DNA of 64,000 bases from an uncultured Thermoproteales archaeon (lineage in GTDB: Archaea; Thermoproteota; Thermoprotei; Thermofilales; CAYSTQ01): NCBI GenBank assembly GCA_964497915.1, contig CAZCFI010000001.1, forward strand, positions 14,279 through 78,278. Reading direction: 5' to 3'. The notes under the pieces are model-generated. The model was given only the letters and a program-made list of their open reading frames with translations, searched no databases and was not told the origin of the DNA. A program made the translations under genes and the position numbers. This document shows, in pieces, positions 25,844-34,187 of this stretch. Positions within the stretch are counted from its first letter, which is position 1. Each line of letters starts with the position of its first letter.

Positions 25844-27762
25844 GCGTGGGCGAGGTCGAGTGGAGGAGCGGGCTGACGTGGAGGGTCGTCCTAGCCATAC
25901 TGTACGGCGCCGTGGTGCTGATGCCAGTGGCCATATGGGGCGAGCTGATGATAGGGACCGTCGGCAACCTGACGTGGGCCGTCGTCATCCTGTTCTACTG
26001 GCTCTCCCTGCTCTACGGCTCCCCGCTGACTAGGCAGGAGATCTTGGTCATGCTAGCAGCCGTTAGCACCGCCATCTACGCTGGCACTGGGCTCAGCTTC
26101 CACCACATGTTCTTCAGAGTCTGGTTCTCCAACAGCCCGGTGGTCAAGCTGTACCACCTCGACAAGCTACTGCCCTACTGGTGGGTCCCCGAGTGCGAGC
26201 TCATAAGGACTCAGGCCCTGAGGACGTTCCTGCACCCGTCGTGGCTGCCAGTCATATTCACATCGCTAGTGTTCTGGGGCCTCAACTTAGTTATAGGGCT
26301 GACGCTGGGCTTCTTCTACTACCACCTGTTCGCTGAGGTCGAGAAGCTCCCCTTCCCGATGGCTAGGGTGAGCGTCGAGGTCATAGTGGGCCTCGAGGAG
26401 AGGGAGCCCATGAGGATGAGGGTCTTCGTGCTCTTCGCCCTGCTCGGCTTCGTTTACTCGTTCATAGCTTACGGCATACCAGTGCTCTCCCAGGCCGCGA
26501 TAGGCTACGCCGTGACCCTGATACCCTACCCGTGGCACGACATGACCGAGACCTTCCGGGACGTGCTGCCCGGGGCCATGATAGGCATCGACACCAACCT
26601 TGGAACTTACCTCTTCGGCATGATACTGCCCTACGAGGTCGTCGTCTCGATGTTCGCTGGCTCGATAATATCCTCTGTCATAGGCAACCCCATCATCGTC
26701 TGGTACTACCCCGAGCTCATACCTGAGTGGGTCGGCTTCCCAAAGGGGCTGAAGCTCGAGGACATACTATTCTGGTCGAGACTCTACGTCTGGTACATCG
26801 TCAGCGTGGGGGTAGGCTTTGCAGTCTTCGCCGACCAGCTGATAAGGGGCAGGAAGGGGCTCAGCAGGGCCATAAAGAGCCTGGCCAGGCTCTCCAAAGA
26901 GGCTAGGAGGCTAGGGTACCTGCCGCTGCACGTGATACTCGGCGTCTACCTAGCCGCGACGGTCTCGTGGCTGCTACTCCTCGAGTTCGTCCTGATCCCG
27001 GGGTTCCCCGTGCTGCCGCTGTTCTTCCTGATAGTGGTGTGGCCCTTCGTCTTCGGCCTCATATCAGTGAGGACCTACGCTGAGACTGGGTTCCCGCTGG
27101 AGGTGCGCTTCCTCAACGAGAACGTGCTGACGGCCACGATGGAGCTCTATGGCATCCCCGTCTACAGCAGGCTCGGCATATGGCCCTGGTTCGCGCCCCT
27201 CAGCGTCGACTACGGCGGGGGCTGGGTCGGCACGCTTTACGTGTGCAGAGGGGTCGGCTGCACGTTCAGCAGCTACATAAAGGCCGTGTTCCTCGTGGCG
27301 GCGCCAGTCGCCATACTCCTCAACCTGATCTACTCGGAGTACCTCTGGAAGATGACTCCAGTCCCGTCGCCAATGTTCAGGCACGCCCAGATATACTGGC
27401 CCATCGACGCCGCCCAGAGGATATTGTGGTACACGAGGAAGCTGTACAGCATGAACCTGTCGCTGCTCGTCGGCAGCTTCGCCGCCACCCTGGCAGCGTC
27501 GACTGCACTTAGGCTCCTCCACGTCCCGTTCTCACCAGCTGGGCTCCTGTACGGCATATCGTCGCCGCTGCCGGGGCCGCTTGCGGTGTTCATAGGGGCC
27601 ACGGTGGCTAGGCTGGTGGAGAAGGTCAGCAGGGGCAGGATAAACGTCAGGAGGTACGCCTACATAATGACCGGCGGCTACGGCGTCGGCATGGCCGTCG
27701 CCATGGCCATCTCAGTGTCGCTGGCGATATTCATAAAGTCGCTGTGGCCGCTGCCGTACTAG
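25840..27762 (+). CDS. polytopic membrane protein, paralog of 19193..21250 (OPT-superfamily-like)
   Basis: GTG start overlapping the stop of the giant gene (GTGA). 'AEVEKLPFPMARVSVEVIVG' aligns with 'VEKLPYPVTTTTLTVINYA' of the first permease. About 16 hydrophobic segments. Confidence 0.6.
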   Translation: MSVGEVEWRSGLTWRVVLAILYGAVVLMPVAIWGELMIGTVGNLTWAVVILFYWLSLLYGSPLTRQEILVMLAAVSTAIYAGTGLSFHHMFFRVWFSNSPVVKLYHLDKLLPYWWVPECELIRTQALRTFLHPSWLPVIFTSLVFWGLNLVIGLTLGFFYYHLFAEVEKLPFPMARVSVEVIVGLEEREPMRMRVFVLFALLGFVYSFIAYGIPVLSQAAIGYAVTLIPYPWHDMTETFRDVLPGAMIGIDTNLGTYLFGMILPYEVVVSMFAGSIISSVIGNPIIVWYYPELIPEWVGFPKGLKLEDILFWSRLYVWYIVSVGVGFAVFADQLIRGRKGLSRAIKSLARLSKEARRLGYLPLHVILGVYLAATVSWLLLLEFVLIPGFPVLPLFFLIVVWPFVFGLISVRTYAETGFPLEVRFLNENVLTATMELYGIPVYSRLGIWPWFAPLSVDYGGGWVGTLYVCRGVGCTFSSYIKAVFLVAAPVAILLNLIYSEYLWKMTPVPSPMFRHAQIYWPIDAAQRILWYTRKLYSMNLSLLVGSFAATLAASTALRLLHVPFSPAGLLYGISSPLPGPLAVFIGATVARLVEKVSRGRINVRRYAYIMTGGYGVGMAVAMAISVSLAIFIKSLWPLPY

Positions 27763-27805
27763 CCTCAGGGCAAGCCAAATAAGCCGATGAGTTCTATTTC
27801 TCACC

Positions 27806-29326
27806 ATGCGGCGCGCCTGCCTTGTAGCCGCAGCCCTGTTGCTCGTGTGCGCCCTCTCGCGCCCCGCCTCCCCTGAGCTGGTGGGCGGCGGCAAGGTGTA
27901 CGCGATCGTCGCCAGCCGAGAGACGCTCAAGCACCCTGGCTGGAAGGCGGTCGTCGACGAGCTGGCGAGGAAGTACGGAGCTCGGGTGCTCACGTACGAT
28001 AGCGACGTGTACGAGGTCAGGCTCGAGCTCGCCAGGCTAGCGCCAGACTACCTGTGCTTCGTCGCTAGGCCCGAGGAGGCCAGGCCCGACTTCGTGAAGA
28101 GGGTCAACAGGCTGGTGAGGGAGCTTGACCGCGACCCCTACCCGGACGCCGTGTGGGCGATACTGACGGGCTACACGCACGAGGACGCCCTGAGGATAGT
28201 CAGGTGCAGCGGCTTCAGGGTCAGGAGCGTGCTCTCGGGGTGCTCAGCTGGCTGGCTCGAGTACGTCCGGAGCGGCATAGCGACGTCCGAGGTGAGGTAC
28301 GGGGTCATGTGGGTCAAGTACCCCAACGGCACCATAAGGAGGGAGGGGGGGCCTGAGGACAGGACGCTGTTCCTCGCCGCGCTCCTCGCCACCAACAGGT
28401 TCGACATGTTCATAACGAGCGGGCACGGGAACCACGACCGCTGGCAGCTCCACTACCCAGACCCCGGCAGGGAGGGCTTCTTCATATCGAGGAGCGGGCG
28501 GGTCTACGCGGTGGCCAGGAACGGGACGGCGGTCGCCATAAGCACGACCAACCCGAAGATCTACTTTGGCCTGGGGAACTGCTACATAGGCTCGATAGTC
28601 AGCAGGGACAGCATGCCCCTCGCCTGGATCCACAGCTGCGGGGCCTGCTTCTACGCTGGCTACGTGATAGAGGAGGGCCCGGGGAGCTACATGATGGGCG
28701 GCATACCGGCCTACTTCTTCGTCCAGGACAACTACACGTGGGCTGAGGCCTTCTTCGCCAACGCCGTGTCACTGGTGTTCGACATGCTGCACGGGACGCC
28801 GGGCCCGGATCACTCATGGCTCAGGGTGGACGTGGACGGGGCGGCCCTCTATGGGGAGCCAGCCCTCGACGTCAGGGCTGACTCGGCCAAGGAGCCCCTC
28901 TACTCCAAGTCCGTCGAGGTCAGGCGGCTCGGTGGGGGCCTCGTGGAGGTGACCGTGAGGATCAGGATGAACAGGGACGGCACGCCTGGGTGGAACGGCA
29001 AGTGGGGCAACAGGCACCCCGTCGTCATACTGCCCGTGAGGGTCGAGGACGCCACCGTGCTCTCGACCAACGCGTACAAGGCCGTGGTAGCCGACAACTT
29101 CGTCCTCCTCTACGTGTGGAAGAAGGGCGACCCCCCTCTGAGGGCGGGCGAGGAGAGGTTCGTGGTGTTTAAGGCCAAGCTCATGGAGAGGCCCAGGGAG
29201 GTCAGCTTCGAGGAGGAGCGGGGGCTGCGCCTCTGGTGGCTAGCCGCTGCTGCCGTCGCAGCCGGGCTAGTCGCCCTCGCCTACGCGCGCCTCAGGAGGC
29301 GCGGGACCTCACCCGCCGGTGAATGA
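27806..29326 (+). CDS. secreted, C-terminally membrane-anchored clan-CD cysteine peptidase-like protein (gingipain/C25-like)
   Basis: Signal 'MRRACLVAAALLLVCALS'. 'FDMFITSGHGNHDRW' (His207) and 'KIYFGLGNCYIGS' (Cys259) each follow a hydrophobic strand, as in clan CD peptidases. C-terminal TM 'LWWLAAAAVAAGLVALAYARLRRRG'. Confidence 0.55.
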   Translation: MRRACLVAAALLLVCALSRPASPELVGGGKVYAIVASRETLKHPGWKAVVDELARKYGARVLTYDSDVYEVRLELARLAPDYLCFVARPEEARPDFVKRVNRLVRELDRDPYPDAVWAILTGYTHEDALRIVRCSGFRVRSVLSGCSAGWLEYVRSGIATSEVRYGVMWVKYPNGTIRREGGPEDRTLFLAALLATNRFDMFITSGHGNHDRWQLHYPDPGREGFFISRSGRVYAVARNGTAVAISTTNPKIYFGLGNCYIGSIVSRDSMPLAWIHSCGACFYAGYVIEEGPGSYMMGGIPAYFFVQDNYTWAEAFFANAVSLVFDMLHGTPGPDHSWLRVDVDGAALYGEPALDVRADSAKEPLYSKSVEVRRLGGGLVEVTVRIRMNRDGTPGWNGKWGNRHPVVILPVRVEDATVLSTNAYKAVVADNFVLLYVWKKGDPPLRAGEERFVVFKAKLMERPREVSFEEERGLRLWWLAAAAVAAGLVALAYARLRRRGTSPAGE

Positions 29327-29329
29327 ATG

Positions 29330-30240
29330 CCTCACGTCGACGGCCATGCCGGCTTCTCCAGCCTCCCGACCCTGAACGCCTTCTAGCCTGTGGGCCCAGC
29401 CGCGCCCTCCCCCGCGACCCGGCTCGCGACGATGCGCCGCTCGCTCTTCCTGGCGAACCTCGCGCTCGTGTCCCAGAGGCGCAGTCCGTCCGCGCCGGCC
29501 CCATAATGCTCGAGGGCCTTGAGCCTGCAGGCCCCAGCTGGCATCCTCGTAGGGTACGCGTCGACATGGAGCTCGCACCCGCCCTTGACTAACTCGGCGT
29601 ACTCCCTCACAGACTCGGGCCTCAGCTCCAGCCCGTGGGCACGCACTCGTCAATCGTGAGGCAGGAGTGCACCATTAGGTAGTTGACCAGCCCCCCTCCG
29701 CCGACGTAGGTTAGAGTTTGGCCCCACGCCCCGGAGCGCTACACGAGGCCCTCGCCCGCGAGACCAGCGCGCTTCAGAGGGTCTCGAGCACGTCGAGGGG
29801 CCCAAAGACCATCTCCTCGGGGAGGCGGCTGTCCTTGGGCAGGCACTCCTCCTCATAGACGATGTCGAAGTGCTCCTAGCTCGGCAACTTGACCCTCGCC
29901 GGAGCGCTGGGGGTGGGCTCGTAGTGCATCCTCAGATAGGCAAGTGCCGTCCCCCCAGACCCGGCGGCACGCCACCTCAGGTGGGTCGGAGTATCTGTCA
30001 GGCTCACCATGCGTCCCCCAGCTGACCTCGCGCGGCCAGTCCAAGCTGCCGAAGTAGAGCACGAGGCCGCTCTTGAGCCCGTAGTCTATGAGGATCGCTT
30101 GCCCCCTCCCACCTGCGTGAGGGGGGCTAGCTCAGCCTGCACCGGCTCATGTCCGTCACGTACGCCTCTCTCCCGCCCACGACACCCCAGTTCCTGGGCG
30201 CGCTCAGCGGAGAAGTAGTTGGGATCAGCCCGGGTTCGTG
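29330..30240 (-). pseudogene. multiply frameshifted gene remnant (unknown family)
   Basis: Only short, mutually overlapping minus-strand ORFs. Protein-like text jumps frames: 'MSRTRADPNYFSAERAQELG', 'LKSGLVLYFGSLDWPREVSWGTHGEPDRYSDPPEV', 'EHFDIVYEEECLPKDSRLPEEMVFGPLDVLETL' and 'GLELRPESVREYAELVKGGCELHVDAYPTRMPAGACRLKALEHYGAGADGLRLWDT'. Confidence 0.35.
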
Positions 30241-30453
30241 ACATCACTCGTCAGAGCTCAGCTAGCCCTCCTCATCTCCAGGGGGCGTCTGAGATCACCT
30301 CCTTCACATCACGCGGTCAGAGCGGTGGAGCTCTTCATCCGCCAGGAGAAACCTTGAGGCAGCTCCTTTATAACCCTAGCGAGGGGTGCAGCGGGCGTCG
30401 CAAGCCTATTCGGCGTTGAACGTTAATAAATGTGTTCGTCCATACTAGAGGAC

Positions 30454-31278
30454 ATGGGTAGCGAGTTCGCCGTCCCGCGCAGCCTCCGCGTGCTCGCCTG
30501 CGGGATCGCCATGTCACTCGCTCTCGCGTGCGGCGTCCTCCTGGTGGTCGCCGTCAGGACGAGGGAGGAGCTGCTCCTGGTCAAGCTCAGTATCGCCACG
30601 CTCCTCAGCTACCTAGTCCTGTTCATGGCCTACCTGACGGTGAGCGCGGCGTTCATGAGGTACTCCGTTGAGCCCGAGGGTATAGTGGTGAGGTGGCTCC
30701 TGATGAGGGAGCTGATACCACATGAGTGGGTGTCCAGCGTCGAGGTCGCCGACCTCAGGGGCGAGGGGCTCAGGGGGGTGCTGGGCTCAGGCCTCCTGTA
30801 CGGGGTCTCGACGCTGAGCGAGCACGGCACCGTGTTCTTCTACGGCGTCAAGGGGGCTGAGAGGGGCGTGATCCTGACGCTGACTGACGACACCAAAGTA
30901 GTGCTCACGCCCCGGGACGCCGAGGGCTTCGCCGCCGAGCTCAACAAGTACAAGGCCAGGTTCGGCAAGGAGCTGCCCAGGGTCGAGGTAAGGCCCCTCT
31001 TCGCCGTGCTCGCCGTAGCCCTGTCATTCGTGGCCGCGCTGTCCGCCCCCCTACTTAGGGGGCTCATCGCCGGCAGGGCGGCGCTGACCCCCAACGCGGC
31101 TGCGTGCGCCATACTCAGCTCGCCCCTGGCGGTGGCGACGCCAGCCATGTCGATCCCCGTCGTGCTGCTCTCGCTCACCAAGTACCTCTACAGGAACAAG
31201 CTCGTGGCCTACTTCATGATGCTACTCGCGCCCTTCGCGACCCTAGTGCTCTCGTGCCTCATTGAGGCCCTCACTTAG
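30454..31278 (+). CDS. membrane protein with a bacterial-PH-like domain between TM pairs
   Basis: 2 N-terminal TMs, a soluble segment 'YSVEPEGIVVRWLLMRELIPHEWVSSVEVADLRG...VILTLTDDTKVVLTPRD' (bPH-like), then 3 C-terminal TMs. TTAATAAA at 30423-30430 suggests a leaderless start at ATG 30454 (alternative ATG 30430). Confidence 0.5.
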   Translation: MGSEFAVPRSLRVLACGIAMSLALACGVLLVVAVRTREELLLVKLSIATLLSYLVLFMAYLTVSAAFMRYSVEPEGIVVRWLLMRELIPHEWVSSVEVADLRGEGLRGVLGSGLLYGVSTLSEHGTVFFYGVKGAERGVILTLTDDTKVVLTPRDAEGFAAELNKYKARFGKELPRVEVRPLFAVLAVALSFVAALSAPLLRGLIAGRAALTPNAAACAILSSPLAVATPAMSIPVVLLSLTKYLYRNKLVAYFMMLLAPFATLVLSCLIEALT

Positions 31279-31849
31279 GCCCAGCCTCCCACAGCTGGTA
31301 CCTCCTCCGCCTCAGCCGCTTGCACTCGCTCCGCAGGAAGTTGTAGACAGTCCTATGTTGCCTCCCCTGGATCAGCATGAGGACGGCCTCGCGCGCAACC
31401 CTGACCTGCTCGTAGTCCCCTATTATGGCGACGTACCTGTCGTAGACGGACAAGTAGGCTCCGGTGAGGTCCTCTATCATCGCGCGAGCCTTGCCCTCCC
31501 TACCTATTATCCTGCCCTTGATCCGGACCATGTCCTCCCTGCTCCTGCAGACCTCCTTCAGGTCTATCACGTCCAGCACCTGAGACTCGTCGAGCAGCCT
31601 TAGGGCCCTCTCAGGGCTGAAGCCATACGAGATGGCCCTCACGACGTCCCTAGCCCTGAGCACATTGACGACGGTGGCCCCCTCCCTAGGGCTTATCCTG
31701 ACCTCGGAGTTCGCGCTGTCGACCCTGACCCTCACGTTGAGGGCCTCCTCTATCCTCCTCTTGACCTCGCCCTTGGCGCCTATGAGGGCCCCCAGCCTCT
31801 CTGGCTCGACGGGGACCCTGAGCTCGCCGCGCAGCGGACCCGCATACAT
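31271..31849 (-). CDS. KH-domain RNA-binding protein (archaeal Dim2/Pno1-like)
   Basis: Two KH GxxG loops, 'GALIGAKGEVKRRIEE' and 'IIGREGKARAMIEDLTG'. Conserved neighbourhood with a RIO kinase. Start trimmed to ATG 31849. Confidence 0.85.
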   Translation of the reverse strand: MYAGPLRGELRVPVEPERLGALIGAKGEVKRRIEEALNVRVRVDSANSEVRISPREGATVVNVLRARDVVRAISYGFSPERALRLLDESQVLDVIDLKEVCRSREDMVRIKGRIIGREGKARAMIEDLTGAYLSVYDRYVAIIGDYEQVRVAREAVLMLIQGRQHRTVYNFLRSECKRLRRRRYQLWEAGPK

Positions 31850-31884
31850 ATAAGCCACCGGCTCGTGTAAGCAGTGTCTGGGGA

Positions 31885-31894
31885 GCTTATATAG
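31885..31894. promoter_or_regulatory. shared bidirectional TATA element (Dim2-like / Rio1)
   Basis: GCTTATATAG lies between the two divergent genes. Confidence 0.4.
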
Positions 31895-32731
31895 GTGTTG
31901 GGCGGTGGTGGCGTGGCGCACGGCGAGGAGCTGGAGGATGAGGTACTGAGGCTCATCAGGGAGAGGGTAGAGACCCAGAGAGTGAGGAGGAGGGGGGAGG
32001 AGCACTACGAGGTAGTCGAGGAGGTCTTCGACAAGGCCACGCTCCTAGCGCTCTACGACCTCATAAACAGGGGCTACATAGAGAGGGTCTACGGCGTCGT
32101 CGCCACGGGCAAGGAGGCCAGGATATACTGGGGCGAGGGGCCCTCCAGCAGGGACGTGGCGGTGAAGATATTCTTGGTGGCCACGGCTGAGTTCTGGAGG
32201 AGCAGGAAGCGCTACATAGACGGCGACCCGAGGTTCGCCAGGGTGAGGAGGGGCAGGAGGCACCTGATAAGGGCGTGGTGCAGCAAGGAGTTCAAGAACC
32301 TGAAGCTGGCCCACGCAGCTGGCGTCAGGGTCCCCGAGCCGATAGCCTTCAAGGAGAACGTGCTGGTCATGGAGTTCATAAACGCGCCGGGGGAGAGGGG
32401 GGTGCCGGCGCCCCTGCTCAAGGACGCCCCGCCCGAGGACCCCGAGTCGGCGTTCGAGCTGATAGTCGAGTACGTGCGCAGGCTCTACCGGAGGGCCAGG
32501 CTCGTGCACGCAGACCTATCGGAGTACAACATCCTGAACAGAGAGCCAGAGCTCGTCATAATAGACTGGGGGTCAGCTGTCCTGACCTCGCACCCAAACG
32601 CCGAGGAGTTCCTGCTGAGGGACCTGTCGAACGTGGTTGGGTACTTCAGGAGGCTCGGGGTCGACGCGCCGAGCCCCCTGGAGCTCATGCAGGAGGTTGT
32701 CGGGGCGGAGTGGGCGCGAAACGCATATTAA
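31895..32731 (+). CDS. rio1: RIO-type serine/threonine protein kinase (Rio1-like)
   Basis: 'VATGKEARIYWG', 'LVHADLSEYNIL', 'VIIDWGSAV'. Start uncertain (GTG 31895 or GTG 31913). Confidence 0.9.
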   Translation: MLGGGGVAHGEELEDEVLRLIRERVETQRVRRRGEEHYEVVEEVFDKATLLALYDLINRGYIERVYGVVATGKEARIYWGEGPSSRDVAVKIFLVATAEFWRSRKRYIDGDPRFARVRRGRRHLIRAWCSKEFKNLKLAHAAGVRVPEPIAFKENVLVMEFINAPGERGVPAPLLKDAPPEDPESAFELIVEYVRRLYRRARLVHADLSEYNILNREPELVIIDWGSAVLTSHPNAEEFLLRDLSNVVGYFRRLGVDAPSPLELMQEVVGAEWARNAY

Positions 32732-32758
32732 TGCATCTAGCACGGTAAGGCTGAGGGG

Positions 32759-33427
32759 TTGGGCATGGCCAGCAAGGAGGAGATTCTCGAGCGCATCAAG
32801 AACCTACTCATCGACATCAAGATAGACGAGGTCGAGGAGGCCGTCAAGGAGGCCTTGGACGCTGGGCTGTCGCCCCTCGAGATCATAGAGGGCGGGCTGG
32901 CGCCAGCGATGAGGGTGATAGGGGACAAGTTCGAGAGGGGCGAGTACTTCCTCGCCGAGCTCGTCGCGGCCGGCGAGACGTTCAAGGAGATCCTGAACAA
33001 CTTGCTGAGGCCGAGGATGATGGAGAGGGGCGAGACCGCCAAGAAGCTCGGCAGGGTCGTGATAGGCACGGTGCGCGGAGACCTCCACGACATAGGCAAG
33101 AACATAGTGGCCACGATGCTCGAGAGCGCTGGCTTCGAGGTCTACGACTTAGGAGTCGACGTACCCCCCGAGGAGTTCGTGAGGAAGGCTAAGGAGGTGG
33201 GGGCCGACATAGTCGCCATGTCCGCGCTCCTGACCACGACCATGATGGAGATGAAGAACGTCATCGAGGAGCTCAAGAGGGCCGGGATTCGCGACAAGGT
33301 CAAGGTCATCATCGGCGGGGCTCCGATAACGGAGGAGTTCGCTAAAGAGATAGGGGCTGACGCCTACGGGGAGGACGCGGTTAAAGCCGTAAAGGTATGC
33401 AAGCAGCTGCTGGGCATAGAGGACTGA
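32759..33427 (+). CDS. corrinoid (cobalamin-binding) protein of the methyltransferase type (B12-binding cap plus Rossmann domain)
   Basis: DxHxxG motif 'RGDLHDIGKNIV', 'ALLTTTM' and 'GGAPIT', plus an N-terminal helical cap 'LSPLEIIEGGLAPAMRVIGDKFERGEYFLAELV'. Confidence 0.85.
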   Translation: MGMASKEEILERIKNLLIDIKIDEVEEAVKEALDAGLSPLEIIEGGLAPAMRVIGDKFERGEYFLAELVAAGETFKEILNNLLRPRMMERGETAKKLGRVVIGTVRGDLHDIGKNIVATMLESAGFEVYDLGVDVPPEEFVRKAKEVGADIVAMSALLTTTMMEMKNVIEELKRAGIRDKVKVIIGGAPITEEFAKEIGADAYGEDAVKAVKVCKQLLGIED

Positions 33428-33428
33428 G

Positions 33429-34187
33429 TCACCATATCCTCTCCTTCACCACTATGCCCACCCTCGGGACTATCTCGAACCTGTAGACGGACGGGTGCAC
33501 TGGCAGCCACCTCATCTTTCTTATGAACATCGTCCTCACGTACCTGTTGATCTCCCTCCTTATCCCCAGCACTATTATGCCTGAGGCGAGGAACTCCTCC
33601 ACCCCGAACCTGCTCAGGGCCGCCGTGCCAGTCGGCACCTCGGATGTCACGACGGTCGTGGTGCCCACCTCCTGCTCTATCCTGAACATCAGCTCCCTCA
33701 CGTACTCCCTGACCCTGACCATGTCCTTCTCACCTGACACGAGGGGGGCTATGGGGTCTATCACCAACCTCTTGGCCCCGATCCTCCTGACCTCAGCGCC
33801 TATGTCCCTCGCTATGGACCTGGCCGTCGCCTCTATGGTCTTCTCCTTGAACTTCTCGGAGAACTCTGGGAGCAGCGTCATTACGCTTAGCATGTCCTGG
33901 TCTATCAGCCTCTCCAGGTCCCAGCCGAAGGCCTTGGCCCCAGCCAGCAGGTCCTCGACCCTCTCGTCTATCAGCACGTAGACTCCTGGCTCGCCCCTCC
34001 GCACGCCGCCGATGAGGAAGTTGAGGGAGAATATCGTCTTGCCAGTGCCGGTCTCGCCAGCGACTAGGTAAGTCCTGCCCTTTATGAAACCCCTTATCAC
34101 CTTGTCCAGGCCCGTGATGCCGGTGGGCACTACCTCGAGCGCCCCCGCCTTGACCTCGATTGCCGCCCTCTCGCCCACCGCGATCAC
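33429..34187 (-). CDS. KaiC/RadA-like single-domain RecA-superfamily ATPase
   Basis: Walker A 'LVAGETGTGKTIFSLNF', Walker B-like 'KRLVIDPIAPL'. GTG start overlaps the upstream RHH gene stop. Confidence 0.8.
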   Translation of the reverse strand: MIAVGERAAIEVKAGALEVVPTGITGLDKVIRGFIKGRTYLVAGETGTGKTIFSLNFLIGGVRRGEPGVYVLIDERVEDLLAGAKAFGWDLERLIDQDMLSVMTLLPEFSEKFKEKTIEATARSIARDIGAEVRRIGAKRLVIDPIAPLVSGEKDMVRVREYVRELMFRIEQEVGTTTVVTSEVPTGTAALSRFGVEEFLASGIIVLGIRREINRYVRTMFIRKMRWLPVHPSVYRFEIVPRVGIVVKERIW

